Shown piece after piece: positions 33,943 through 45,665 of a DNA stretch of 64,000 nucleotides. The first letter of the stretch is position 1; each line of letters starts with the position of its first letter. Source of the stretch: an uncultured Pseudomonadota bacterium (lineage in GTDB: Bacteria > Pseudomonadota > Gammaproteobacteria > Burkholderiales > CAIKXV01); assembly GCA_903831455.1 (NCBI GenBank), contig CAIKXV010000029.1:1340-65339 (forward strand), given 5' to 3'. The notes under the pieces were generated by a model. It searched no databases and was not told the origin of the DNA. It saw nothing but the letters and a program-made list of their open reading frames with translations. The position numbers and the translations under genes were made by a program.

Positions 33943-34911
33943 ATGCCCGATGCTCCGCCCGAAACACCCCCGGTCGTTCTGGTCTTCGCTGCCAACGATC
34001 CCAGCGGCGGAGCCGGCCTGCAGGCGGATCTGCTCACCCTCGCGAGCATGGGCTGCCATCCTGCGCCGGTGCTCACCGCACTCACCGTGCAGGACACCCG
34101 GGGCGTCGAGGACATCCTGCCGATCGACGCCGAGTGGGTGGCCGATCAGGCGCGCTGCGTGCTCGAGGACATGCCGGTGGCGGCCTTCAAGCTCGGCGTT
34201 CTCGGCAGCGTGGAGACGATCGCGGCGATCGCCGAGGTGGTCGCCGACTACCCGGATGTGCCGCTGATCCTCGACCCGGTGCTCGCCTCGGGTCGCGGCG
34301 ACAGCTTCGCCAACGACGAGGCGATCGCCGCCATGCGCGAGCTGTTGCTGCCCCAGACGACGATCATCACCCCGAACAGCTACGAGGCGAGAAGGCTCGT
34401 CGCCGACGAGCGCGAGGACGAGGAGCTCGACCTCGCCACCTGCGCCCGTCGACTGATCGCCGCCGGATGCGAGTACGCACTGATCACCGGCACCCACGAG
34501 AACACCATGCAGGTGGTCAATCGCCTGTTCGGCGAAAACGGCGAACTGCGCAGCGATGCCTGGACGCGCCTGCCCGGCAGCTACCACGGGTCGGGCTGCA
34601 CGCTCGCCTCGGCACTGACCGCCGCGCTGGTCAACGGCCTGTCGGTCGAAGAGGCCGCCCGCGATGCCCAGGAATACACGTGGCAGTCGCTGGAGGCGGG
34701 CTTTCGTCCGGGAATGGGGCAGTTCATCCCCGACCGGCTGTTCTGGGCACGTGCCGAAGCCCGCTCGGCAGAGGCGCAGGGGGAGGGCGACGGCCCATCG
34801 GAGGCCGGCGGCGACGAGCCGACCGCCGCCGATACCGCAGGCACGCCGCCGCCGGCCCCGAAGGCCGGGGACATCACCGTCACCTCGCCGCTGCCGCGGC
34901 TGATCGGCTGA
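33943..34911 (+). CDS. thiD: Hydroxymethylpyrimidine / phosphomethylpyrimidine kinase, with a ~50-aa low-complexity C-terminal tail
   Basis: [50 protein letters not shown]. Confidence 0.9.
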   Translation: MPDAPPETPPVVLVFAANDPSGGAGLQADLLTLASMGCHPAPVLTALTVQDTRGVEDILPIDAEWVADQARCVLEDMPVAAFKLGVLGSVETIAAIAEVVADYPDVPLILDPVLASGRGDSFANDEAIAAMRELLLPQTTIITPNSYEARRLVADEREDEELDLATCARRLIAAGCEYALITGTHENTMQVVNRLFGENGELRSDAWTRLPGSYHGSGCTLASALTAALVNGLSVEEAARDAQEYTWQSLEAGFRPGMGQFIPDRLFWARAEARSAEAQGEGDGPSEAGGDEPTAADTAGTPPPAPKAGDITVTSPLPRLIG

Positions 34912-34935
34912 AACCCCGAGGGTCGGGATCGCCCC

Positions 34936-35610
34936 ATGTCCGAGCGCACGATACAAGGGCTGTACGCCGTCACGCCCGAGCCGGGTCGCGATCGGCGCGA
35001 CGATGCGCGCTGGCTGCAGGCCATCGCGACCGTGCTGGAGGCCGGCGTCCCGCTGCTGCAGTACCGGGACAAGTCGGTGGAACCGGACCTGCGCCTCGCC
35101 CGCGCCCGGGCCCTTGCCGACCTGTGCCGGGCGCACGGCACGCTGTTCATCGTCAACGACAGCCCGGCGCTGGCCGCTGCGGTCGGCGCCGACGGCGTCC
35201 ACCTCGGCCGCGACGATGGCACGGTGGCCGCCGCGCGCGCGACGGTCGGGCCGACCGCGCTGATCGGCGTGAGCTGCTACGACTCGATCGACCGGGCACG
35301 GGCCGCCCGGGCCGAGGGCGCGGACTACATCGCCTTCGGTGCGATGTTCCCGTCCGGCGTGAAACCCGCGGCCGTGCGCGCGCCGCTCCCGCTGCTCGCG
35401 CAGGGTGCGCGCGAGACCGGACTGCCCGTGGTGGCGATCGGCGGCATCGAGGTCGTCCACGTTCCCGCGCTGATCACGGCGGGCGCCGACGCGCTCGCCG
35501 TGATCAGCGCCCTCTTCGCCGCGACCGATCCAGCCGCCGCCGTACGGGCGTTCAACGCAGCGCTGGCCGTGGCCGGCACCGACGATCACACAGGAGGACC
35601 CAGGCCTTGA
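34936..35610 (+). CDS. thiE: Thiamine-phosphate synthase
   Basis: [53 protein letters not shown]. Confidence 0.9.
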   Translation: MSERTIQGLYAVTPEPGRDRRDDARWLQAIATVLEAGVPLLQYRDKSVEPDLRLARARALADLCRAHGTLFIVNDSPALAAAVGADGVHLGRDDGTVAAARATVGPTALIGVSCYDSIDRARAARAEGADYIAFGAMFPSGVKPAAVRAPLPLLAQGARETGLPVVAIGGIEVVHVPALITAGADALAVISALFAATDPAAAVRAFNAALAVAGTDDHTGGPRP

Positions 35611-36887
35611 ACCGACCGACCAGCGAAGCCCTGTTCGAGCGTTCCCGACGACTGATTCCCGGGGGCGTCAATTCGCCCGTGCGGGCCTTCCGCTCGGTCG
35701 GCGGCACGCCGGTCTTCTTCGCCCGCGCGCAGGGTGCCTACCTGTGGGACGTGGACGGCCAGCGGTACATCGACTACATCGGCTCCTGGGGCCCGGCGAT
35801 CCTCGGGCACGCCGACCCCGGCGTACTCGAGGTCGTGGCGGCGGCCGCGCGCAACGGCCTGTCCTTCGGCGCGCCGACCGAGGGCGAGCTGCGACTCGCC
35901 GAGGCCCTCGTGGCCGCCATCCCGTCGATCGAGACGGTGCGCCTCGTGTCCTCGGGAACCGAGGCGACCATGAGCGCGATCCGCGTGGCGCGGGGTCATA
36001 CCGGGCGCAGCCGGATCGTGAAGTTCGAGGGCTGCTACCACGGCCACGGCGACAGCCTGCTGGTGAAGGCAGGCTCGGGGGCCCTGACCCTGGGCCAGCC
36101 GAGCTCGGCCGGCGTACCGCCCGAACTCGCCCAGCACACGCTGGTGCTCGACTACAACAACGCGGAGGCCGCCGAGCAGCTGTTCGCGCAGATGGGCGAC
36201 ACGATCGCTGCGGTCATCGTCGAGCCGATCGCGGGCAACATGAACCTGGTGCTGCCCGAGCCCGGCTTCCTGCAGCGCTTGCGCGAGTTGTGCACCCGGC
36301 ACGGCACCGTGCTGATCTTCGACGAAGTGATGACCGGATTCCGCGTGGGCGCAGGCTGTGCGCAGGGTCTGTACGGCATCACGCCCGATCTCACCACGTT
36401 CGGCAAGGTCATCGGCGGCGGGATGCCTCTGGGTGCGTTCGGCGGACGGCGCGACGTGATGGAGAAGGTCGCCCCGGTCGGGCCGGTCTACCAGGCAGGA
36501 ACCCTCTCGGGCAATCCGGTGGCGGTGGCCGCGGGCCTCGCCACGCTCGAGCGCGTGCTGGCCCCGGGCTTCTTCGCGCGCCTCGAGGCCACCACGCAGT
36601 CCCTCTGCGAGTCGCTGTGCGCGGCCGGACGGGCGGCCGGCGTGCCGATCTCCGCCCAGTGCGTCGGCGGGATGTTCGGTCTCTACTTCCGCGACAGCCC
36701 CCCGCGCAACTTCGCGGACGTGATGCAGAGCGACGTGACGGCCTTCAACACGTTCTTCCACCGCATGCTGGAGGCGGGCGTCTACCTGGCGCCCTCGGCC
36801 TTCGAGGCGGGGTTCGTGTCGATCGCGCACACGGCCGAGGACATCGCCCACACCGCACAGGCGGCCTCGCGGGCACTGGCCGCATGA
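35607..36887 (+). CDS. hemL: Glutamate-1-semialdehyde 2,1-aminomutase
   Basis: [49 protein letters not shown]. The TTG start overlaps the thiE stop (TTGA), with AGGAGG upstream. Confidence 0.95.
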   Translation: MNRPTSEALFERSRRLIPGGVNSPVRAFRSVGGTPVFFARAQGAYLWDVDGQRYIDYIGSWGPAILGHADPGVLEVVAAAARNGLSFGAPTEGELRLAEALVAAIPSIETVRLVSSGTEATMSAIRVARGHTGRSRIVKFEGCYHGHGDSLLVKAGSGALTLGQPSSAGVPPELAQHTLVLDYNNAEAAEQLFAQMGDTIAAVIVEPIAGNMNLVLPEPGFLQRLRELCTRHGTVLIFDEVMTGFRVGAGCAQGLYGITPDLTTFGKVIGGGMPLGAFGGRRDVMEKVAPVGPVYQAGTLSGNPVAVAAGLATLERVLAPGFFARLEATTQSLCESLCAAGRAAGVPISAQCVGGMFGLYFRDSPPRNFADVMQSDVTAFNTFFHRMLEAGVYLAPSAFEAGFVSIAHTAEDIAHTAQAASRALAA

Positions 36888-36934
36888 GGAACGGGCCGCG
36901 TCCAGCCGGGTCCGGCCGAACGCGGCACGCGAAC

Positions 36935-37600
36935 TCAGCGCTTGCCGGTCAGGCCGGAGGTGTACTCGGCGAGCGCCTGGATGTCGCGATCGGACAGGCG
37001 GGCGGCAATGCTGCGCATCATTGCGTTCGCGTCATTGCCCCGCTCGCCCGCGCGGAAGGCGCGCAACTGGGCTGCCGTGTACTCGGCGTGCTGCCCGGCC
37101 AGGCGGGGATACTGCGCGGGGATACCGGCACCGTTGGGCGAATGGCAGCCGGCACAGGCGGGCAATCCGGTCGCGGTGTTGCCACCGCGGTAGAGCTTCT
37201 GCCCTGCCTGCGCGAGTTCACGATCGTTCGCCGCGCGCGGCGCGGGCGTCTGCCGCGCGTAGAACGCGCCCAGGTCCAGCATGTCCTGGGGCGACAGCGC
37301 GGCGGCGAACCCCATCATCACGGCATTCTTGCGCGCGCCGGACTTGAACTCGGCCAACTGCTTCGCGATGTAGCCCGCGTGCTGGCCCGCGAGGGAGGGG
37401 TTGGCGGCGATGCCGCTGTTGCCGTCGGCACCATGGCAGCCGGCACAGACCTGCCCGGCGATCACCTGGCCCTTCGCGGGGTCGCCGCGGGCCGGCGAGG
37501 ACGAGGCCGCGGGCTGGGCAGCCAGCGCCGAGCCGGCGAACACGGCTGCCGCCACGACCGGGGCGAGGACTCGCGCAGCCATCGAGAGACTTCTTGTCAT
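36935..37600 (-). CDS. Dihaem cytochrome c4
   Basis: It has a signal peptide and two CxxCH motifs (CAGCHGADG and CAGCHSPNG), each followed by P.LAGQHA.Y...QL..F. It is divergent from engB, as in Pseudomonas. Confidence 0.9.
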   Translation of the reverse strand: MTRSLSMAARVLAPVVAAAVFAGSALAAQPAASSSPARGDPAKGQVIAGQVCAGCHGADGNSGIAANPSLAGQHAGYIAKQLAEFKSGARKNAVMMGFAAALSPQDMLDLGAFYARQTPAPRAANDRELAQAGQKLYRGGNTATGLPACAGCHSPNGAGIPAQYPRLAGQHAEYTAAQLRAFRAGERGNDANAMMRSIAARLSDRDIQALAEYTSGLTGKR

Positions 37601-37890
37601 GCTGGACTCCGTGCCGGACACTCGGGGACGCGGGGGGGCAGCCATGCCCGTACCCGCCTCCGAACGGCGCCGACGACCGCCCGGACTCATCCCATGTACG
37701 TTGTACGTTCGCGTTGAACGGCGAATGGCCATCGGTTGGCCGTGCCGCGACCGCGCCTCCCGGGCCGCTTCGCATCCGCTGCCGCGCATCCGCCGTGACG
37801 CAACAATCACCGCTCTGAAACCACCTGTTCGCGGCCGCGTCGGATCCGTACCGGGTCGATTGAACCCCGCATTCTAGCCCAGGCCCGTCC

Positions 37891-39835
<1,945 letters not shown>

Positions 39836-39961
39836 CCGCCTCCGCCTACCCGATCGCAGCCGGCCGGGGACGATCCGGAACACGCCCGGCGGGTGTGCGC
39901 CGGGATGCGCGCCCGCGCGGACGCGGCGGATGCGCCCGGGGCCCGCTCGGATCGGCGTCGT

Positions 39962-40747
39962 TCAACCCCGGCCGCGAGCCCCGGAGAGCCGGCCGAACAG
40001 ACCCTCGCCCGCCGCCCTGCGCCGCTCGCGCTCGACGCCCAGCACGTAGCGCTGTAACTGTTTCTCGGCCGGCTGCGACAGGTTGAGGAAGCCGAACCCC
40101 AGGACGCTCGTGCTGGCGCCGCCGCGCAGCCGGTGCGGGGTCACGCTGCGAAGTTCGACCTCGCAGGAGAACCCGCTGCCATCGCGGAAGCGCAGCGTGC
40201 ACATCGGGAAGCGCAGGCCCGGCGAGTCCTTGCCCCGGGGCAGCACGCCGTGACCCGCGAACCCCCCGACACTGATGTCGACCACGTTGATCTCCATGAC
40301 CTCGCCACCGCCGAGGGCCAGCCGGACGAGGATCGGCTCGCGCATGCTGGCGCGCACGCGGTGGTACTCGCGCCGCTGCACGCGCAGCAGCTCCGGGGGA
40401 ACGGCGATGGCGAACGCGGGGCGCCCCTCATGGTGCAGGGCCCGTGCCCCGGCCGCGCTGAACTGCACCTTCACGTGCTCGTGCATGCTGACCATCACCA
40501 GCCGGTCGCTCGCAAGCAGTCGCGCGTTGAGCGCAGGGTCGACGCCCAGGCCGATGACGACCTGCCCGCGAGCCGCGTCGACCTGCTCGATCGCGGTGAT
40601 CAGGAACCCGCGCCCGCGATCGAAATGCACGGTCACCAGTTCGCGCGCCGCGCCGATCGCGCGCAGGACGTGGAGGATCTGCGTCGGCGACTCGATCAGG
40701 AAACGGCGCAGATCCTCGCCAGCCCCCGCGGCAGCCTCGTCGGACAT
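39962..40747 (-). CDS. YcgR-like PilZ-domain protein (PilZN + PilZ); putative c-di-GMP effector
   Basis: The PilZ signature is 'RVQRREYHRVRAS ... VVDISVGGFAG'. The N-terminal half (ILHVLRAIGAARELVTVHFDRGRGFLITAI..) is like YcgR-N. Confidence 0.8.
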   Translation of the reverse strand: MSDEAAAGAGEDLRRFLIESPTQILHVLRAIGAARELVTVHFDRGRGFLITAIEQVDAARGQVVIGLGVDPALNARLLASDRLVMVSMHEHVKVQFSAAGARALHHEGRPAFAIAVPPELLRVQRREYHRVRASMREPILVRLALGGGEVMEINVVDISVGGFAGHGVLPRGKDSPGLRFPMCTLRFRDGSGFSCEVELRSVTPHRLRGGASTSVLGFGFLNLSQPAEKQLQRYVLGVERERRRAAGEGLFGRLSGARGRG

Positions 40748-40794
40748 CTCGCGGTCCACCCGCCGCGCCGGAGGACGCGCGCGAAACGGCCAGA

Positions 40795-41424
40795 TCACGA
40801 CGCGTCCGCAGGCGGCACCGCGGCGTCCATGCGGGCGATCAGGGAGGCTCGCCCCGCCCGCTCCAGCGATCGCCCCTCCGCGGTCAGGCGCGCGGGATGG
40901 CGCCGATCGGCACGCTCGAACAGCAGGAGTTCGACATCCGTGCCATCCACGTTCAGCAGGAAACACGGCAAGACCCGCGCCTGGCCGGCCACGTGCAGCC
41001 TCTGCTGGCTGGCCTCGTAGGGAATCGCCTCGTTCAGCAGGAACCACTCGAGCGATTTCGGATCGTCGGCGAACAGGTGCAGGTGCAGGGTCGGATGGCG
41101 ACCGATGGCCCCGGACAGCACGGGCCCGGCCACGTGCGGCTCGAAATCCTCGAACAGATCCATCAGGTCGAGGGCCTGTGATCGCAGCCAGTGCAGGTGC
41201 TCGCGCTGCCCCTCCTCGTCGAAGATGCGCTGGTGCTCGAGCAGCGCGGCTTCCAGTTCCCGGTTGTCCGGCAGGCAGCGCGCATCGGTCAGGCCGAGGG
41301 CTCGCGCCGCCTTGCGCTTGGCGAGCCCCCAGTCGTCCAGGCCGTCCTCGGCCACCATGCGCGCGGCGAGCTGCGCGATCTGTTCGCGTAACTGGCGCAG
41401 GCGGGCTGGGGATTCGCGTGCCAT
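40795..41424 (-). CDS. Hypothetical protein (209 aa) between mrcA and the PilZ gene
   Basis: The ORF has protein-like, non-low-complexity composition. It starts 7 nt after the mrcA stop. I could not assign a family with any confidence. Confidence 0.6.
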   Translation of the reverse strand: MARESPARLRQLREQIAQLAARMVAEDGLDDWGLAKRKAARALGLTDARCLPDNRELEAALLEHQRIFDEEGQREHLHWLRSQALDLMDLFEDFEPHVAGPVLSGAIGRHPTLHLHLFADDPKSLEWFLLNEAIPYEASQQRLHVAGQARVLPCFLLNVDGTDVELLLFERADRRHPARLTAEGRSLERAGRASLIARMDAAVPPADAS

Positions 41425-41431
41425 CGGCAGC

Positions 41432-43753
41432 TCAGAAGATCTGCGACTTGACCTCGTCGGCACTGCGGCCTTCGGCCGCCCCTGCCGCGCCCTCGGCGTC
41501 CCGGGGCGGCGATTCGAGGTAGAAGAATTCGCTGATGCCCGATTGCCCATCCGCCACCCGCATGCCGCTCGCCGGATCGATGCGCGCGCTGACCACGCCC
41601 TCCGGCGGCGAGGGCAACTGCTCCGCCACGCCCTTGAGCGCCACGCCCATGTAGCCCATCCAGATCGGCAGCGCCGCGGTGCCGCCGGTCTCGCCGTTGC
41701 CGAGGCTGCGCGGCGTCGAGTGCCCCATCCAGCTCACCGCGACCAGCGAGGCCTGATAGCCCGCGAACCACGCATCGAGGAAGTCGTTCGTGGTCCCGGT
41801 CTTGCCGGCGAGGTCCGATCGCCCCAGGCTCATGGCTCGCGTTGCCGTGCCCGCTCGCACCACATCCTGCATCAGGCTGGTCATGATGAACGCGTTGCGC
41901 GCGTCGATCACGCGCTCGGCGGTCTCGCCCGCCACCTCGGGACGCGCCTCGAACAGCACGGTTCCCTTGGCGTCCTCGACGCGCTGGATCAGGTAGGGGG
42001 TGACCCTGAACCCTCCGTTGGCGAACACCGCATAGGCCGATGCCATCTGCATCGGCGTGACTCCACCCGCGCCGAGCGCCATCGTGAGGTAGGGGGGGTG
42101 GAGCTTGGGATCGAACCCGAAGCGCGTGATGTAGTCCTGCGCGTACTGGGGACCGATGGCCTGGAGCACCCGGATCATCGGAAGGTTCTTCGAGCGCGCC
42201 AGCGCGACGCGCACGCGCATGGGGCCGTCGTACTTGCCGTCGTAGTTCTTGGGCTCCCAGGCTTCGGAGCCGGTCTGCTGGGCCGTGAAGGACAGCGGCG
42301 CATCGTTGAGCACCGTCGCCGCGGTGAAACCGCGCTCGAGCGCCGCGGAGTAGATGAACGGCTTGAAGCTGGAGCCCGGCTGGCGGACGGCCTGGGTGAC
42401 GTGGTTGAACTGGGCGCGGGCGAAGTCGAACCCGCCCACCAGGGCCCGGATCGCGCCGTCGGCGGGGCTGATGGCCACCAGCGAAGCCTCGGCCTGCGGC
42501 AGCTGGGTGATCTGCCACTGGCCCTTGTCGTCGCGCTGGAGGCGCACCACGGCACCCGGCCTCAGCCGCTGCTTCAGCGGCACCTTCTCGCCGATGGCGC
42601 GGGCGGCGAAACGCAGCCCGTCGGCGGCGATGGCGACCCGCCCCAGCCCGCGACGGTAGACCTCGGCCGACTTCTCGTCGATTCTCAGCACGATCGCCGG
42701 GAACAGCCCGTCGCTGTCGGGGTCATCCTGCAGCAGGTCCTCCAGCTGGTCGTCGGTGTAGTTCGCGGGCAGATCGACGAACCGCTCGGGACCACGAAAC
42801 CCTTGGCGGCGATCGTAGGCGATCACCCCCCGCCTGACCGAGGCGTACGCCGCAAGTTGGTGCTCACTATGCACCGTGGTGTAAACATTGATGCCCCGGG
42901 TGTAGGCGTCGTCGCGGAAGCGCTCGACCATGACCTGCCTGACCATCTCGGCAACGTAGTCGCCATGGGCCGTCGGATCGATGCCAGCCTCCCTGCGGGT
43001 GGTCACCGGATGCTTCTCGGCGGCAGCGAACTGCTCTGCCGTCAGAAACCCCAGCGCCTCCATCCTGCGCAGAACGTACAGTTGCCGCAGGCGGGCGCGC
43101 CTCGGATTGACGACCGGGTTGAAGCGGGACGGCGCCTTGGGCAGGCCCGCCAGCATGGCCATCTCGCTGACATCAAGCTCGGCCAGCGACTTGCCGAAAT
43201 ACGTCTGGGCTGCGGCCGCGAACCCGTAGGCGCGCTGGCCGAGGAAGATCTGGTTGATGTACAACTCCAGTATCTGGTCCTTGGTCAGGCTCGCCTCGAT
43301 CTTGAAGGCGAGCAGCGCCTCGTGGAACTTGCGGGTGAAGGTCTTCTCCCGCGACAGGAAGAAGTTGCGCGCCACCTGCATGGTGATGGTGCTCGCCCCC
43401 TGGCGCGCGCCACCGGCCGTGAAGTTGGAGATCGCCGCCCGCATCACACCGACGAGATCGACACCCCCATGCGCATAGAAGCGCTCGTCCTCGGCCGCCA
43501 GGATCGCCTTCTTCATCAGATCCGGCACCGCGTCGATGCGAACGACCGCCCGGCGTTCCTCGCCGAACTCCCCCAGGAGCCGACCATCCGAACTGAAGAC
43601 GCGCAGCGGCAGCTTGGGCCGGTAGTCGGTCAGCACCTCGAGCGAGGGCAGGTTCGGATAGGCCACCGCCGCCGCGAACGCGACCAGCAGCAGGATCACC
43701 GTGGCCGCGCCCGCTGACAGGAGAGCCAGGATCAGAAGGCCGCGCTTGAACAT
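41432..43753 (-). CDS. mrcA: Penicillin-binding protein 1A (bifunctional transglycosylase/transpeptidase)
   Basis: An N-terminal TM is followed by GT51 motifs (AILAAEDERFYAHGGVD, RKFHEALLAFKIE) and transpeptidase motifs SSFKP, SKN, KTGTT. It is divergent from pilM. Confidence 0.95.
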   Translation of the reverse strand: MFKRGLLILALLSAGAATVILLLVAFAAAVAYPNLPSLEVLTDYRPKLPLRVFSSDGRLLGEFGEERRAVVRIDAVPDLMKKAILAAEDERFYAHGGVDLVGVMRAAISNFTAGGARQGASTITMQVARNFFLSREKTFTRKFHEALLAFKIEASLTKDQILELYINQIFLGQRAYGFAAAAQTYFGKSLAELDVSEMAMLAGLPKAPSRFNPVVNPRRARLRQLYVLRRMEALGFLTAEQFAAAEKHPVTTRREAGIDPTAHGDYVAEMVRQVMVERFRDDAYTRGINVYTTVHSEHQLAAYASVRRGVIAYDRRQGFRGPERFVDLPANYTDDQLEDLLQDDPDSDGLFPAIVLRIDEKSAEVYRRGLGRVAIAADGLRFAARAIGEKVPLKQRLRPGAVVRLQRDDKGQWQITQLPQAEASLVAISPADGAIRALVGGFDFARAQFNHVTQAVRQPGSSFKPFIYSAALERGFTAATVLNDAPLSFTAQQTGSEAWEPKNYDGKYDGPMRVRVALARSKNLPMIRVLQAIGPQYAQDYITRFGFDPKLHPPYLTMALGAGGVTPMQMASAYAVFANGGFRVTPYLIQRVEDAKGTVLFEARPEVAGETAERVIDARNAFIMTSLMQDVVRAGTATRAMSLGRSDLAGKTGTTNDFLDAWFAGYQASLVAVSWMGHSTPRSLGNGETGGTAALPIWMGYMGVALKGVAEQLPSPPEGVVSARIDPASGMRVADGQSGISEFFYLESPPRDAEGAAGAAEGRSADEVKSQIF

Positions 43754-43756
43754 CGT

Positions 43757-43770
43757 GCACCGATTATAGG
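43757..43770 (-). promoter_or_regulatory. CCTATAATCGGTGC element; its TATAAT ends 9 nt before the mrcA ATG
   Basis: The minus strand reads CCTATAATcggtgcacgATG. The 14-mer is identical to the one upstream of pepP (25670-25683). Confidence 0.35.
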
Positions 43771-43905
43771 CGCAGGCATCGCGGCAACGGTGGGATGCGC
43801 CCGTCCCCGCACGAAAGGGTCGGAATGTGGAAAAAACCCTTTACAGCCCAAATGCTTGTTGCTAGCCTTTAAACCTGTTTATGCGATCATGGGACTGATG
43901 CCGTC

Positions 43906-45015
43906 ATGCTGAAGGGCAAGGTGAACGTCGATCCGCAGGCCGTGGCCCGCTTCCTGCGGCCGCGCACGCCGCCGCTGATCGGCGTGGACATCAGCACGTC
44001 GGCGGTCAAGTTCGTGGAACTCGAGGACGCCGGCAAGGGTCGCTATCGCGTCGAGCGCTACACGATCGAACCCCTGCCGCGGGACGCGGTGGTCGATGGC
44101 AGCGTCGTGAACCTCGACCAGGTGGCCGACGCGTTCAAGCGCGGCTGGAAGAAGCTCAGCACGCGCGTGCGCAACGTGGCGCTCGCGCTGCCTGCCGCCT
44201 CGGTGATCACGAAGAGGATCTCCGTGCCCGCCGGACAGCGCGAGGACGAGCTCGAGCTCCAGGTCGAGACCGAAGCGAACCAGTACATCCCGTTCGCGCT
44301 CGAGGAAGTCAACCTCGACTTCCAGGTGCTTGGCCCCTCCGCGGACAATCCCGACGACGTCGAGATCCTCATCGCGGCCTCGCGCAAGGAGAAGATCGAG
44401 GATCGCGTGGCCGCCGCCGAGTCCGCTGGCCTGAAGGCCGTCGTGATGGACGTGGAGTCCTACGCCACGCAGGCCGCCTTCGCGCTGATTTCCGCAGGGC
44501 TGCCCGACAGCGGGTTCGACCAGACGATTGCGATCGTCGATGTCGGGACCAGCGTGATGAACGTGAACATCCTGCGCAACGGCGAGTCGGTCTACCTGCG
44601 CGAGCAGCCCTTCGGCGGCTTCCAGCTCACCCAGGAAATCCAGCGCCACTTCGGCCTCACGCTCGAGGAGGCCGAGATCGCCAAGAAGAACGGTGGCCTG
44701 CCGGAGAACTACGAGACGGAAGTCCTGCAGCCCTTCATGGACAACCTCGCGCTGGAAGTCGCGCGGGTGCTGCAGTTCTTCTACACGTCCACCCAGTACA
44801 GCAGCGTCGACCGCATCCTGCTCGCCGGCGGCTGCGCGGCGATCGCCGGGCTCGACGAGACCGTGGGCCGGCGCACGCAGGTCCCCACCGCGATCGCCAA
44901 TCCCTTCGCTGCGATGGAGCTGTCGTCCAAGATCCGGCCACGCCAGCTGGAAGTCGACGCCCCTTCGCTGATGGTGGCCTGCGGCCTTGCGATGCGCCGC
45001 TTCGATCCCTCCTGA
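43906..45015 (+). CDS. pilM: Type IV pilus assembly protein PilM
   Basis: LIGVDISTSAVKFVELEDAGKGRYRVERYTIEPLP.. is actin-like ATPase fold. It is first in the pilMNOPQ order. Confidence 0.9.
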   Translation: MLKGKVNVDPQAVARFLRPRTPPLIGVDISTSAVKFVELEDAGKGRYRVERYTIEPLPRDAVVDGSVVNLDQVADAFKRGWKKLSTRVRNVALALPAASVITKRISVPAGQREDELELQVETEANQYIPFALEEVNLDFQVLGPSADNPDDVEILIAASRKEKIEDRVAAAESAGLKAVVMDVESYATQAAFALISAGLPDSGFDQTIAIVDVGTSVMNVNILRNGESVYLREQPFGGFQLTQEIQRHFGLTLEEAEIAKKNGGLPENYETEVLQPFMDNLALEVARVLQFFYTSTQYSSVDRILLAGGCAAIAGLDETVGRRTQVPTAIANPFAAMELSSKIRPRQLEVDAPSLMVACGLAMRRFDPS

Positions 45016-45040
45016 CGCCCTCCGCCACGGCCTGCGCCCC

Positions 45041-45634
45041 ATGATCCGCATCAACCTGCTCCCCCACCGCGAGATGCGCCGCCGCGAGCGGCAGCGCGCG
45101 TTCCTGACTGCCTCCGCGGCCATGGTGGCCGTCGGCGTGGTCATCGTGGTGCTGGTGCACGGCCTGCTGGCGGCGCGCATCGAAGTCCAGAAAGGTCGCA
45201 ACAATTTCCTCGAGTCCGAGATCGCGACCCTGGACAAGCAGATCGTCGAGATCCGCCGCCTGCGCGAACAGACCCAGCAGATGCTCGCGCGCAAGCGCGT
45301 GGTCGAAACCCTGCAGGCGAACCGCTCCGAGATCGTCGAACTGTTCGACCAGGTCGCGCGGCAACTGCCCGAGGGCGTGTACCTGCGTACCGTCAAGCAG
45401 AACGACAACACGATCAACATCACCGGATTCGCCCAGTCGAACGCCCGGGTCTCGACGCTGATGCGCAACCTCGAGGCATCGCCGCTGCTGGAAAGCGCCA
45501 AGCTGGTGGAGATCAAGGCCGCCACGGTCAACACCCAGCGCCTGAACGAATTCAGCATGAACGTGAGCATCACCCGCAAGGTGACCGAGGCCAAGGGGCC
45601 CGCGCCTGCAGCGGGCACCGCCGCGAAGAAATGA
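45041..45634 (+). CDS. pilN: Type IV pilus assembly protein PilN
   Basis: MIRINLLPHREMRRRERQRAF is the canonical PilN N-terminus, followed by a TM segment. Confidence 0.9.
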   Translation: MIRINLLPHREMRRRERQRAFLTASAAMVAVGVVIVVLVHGLLAARIEVQKGRNNFLESEIATLDKQIVEIRRLREQTQQMLARKRVVETLQANRSEIVELFDQVARQLPEGVYLRTVKQNDNTINITGFAQSNARVSTLMRNLEASPLLESAKLVEIKAATVNTQRLNEFSMNVSITRKVTEAKGPAPAAGTAAKK

Positions 45635-45665
45635 CCGCAGCCCATCCAGGCGCCCACCGTCCCCG

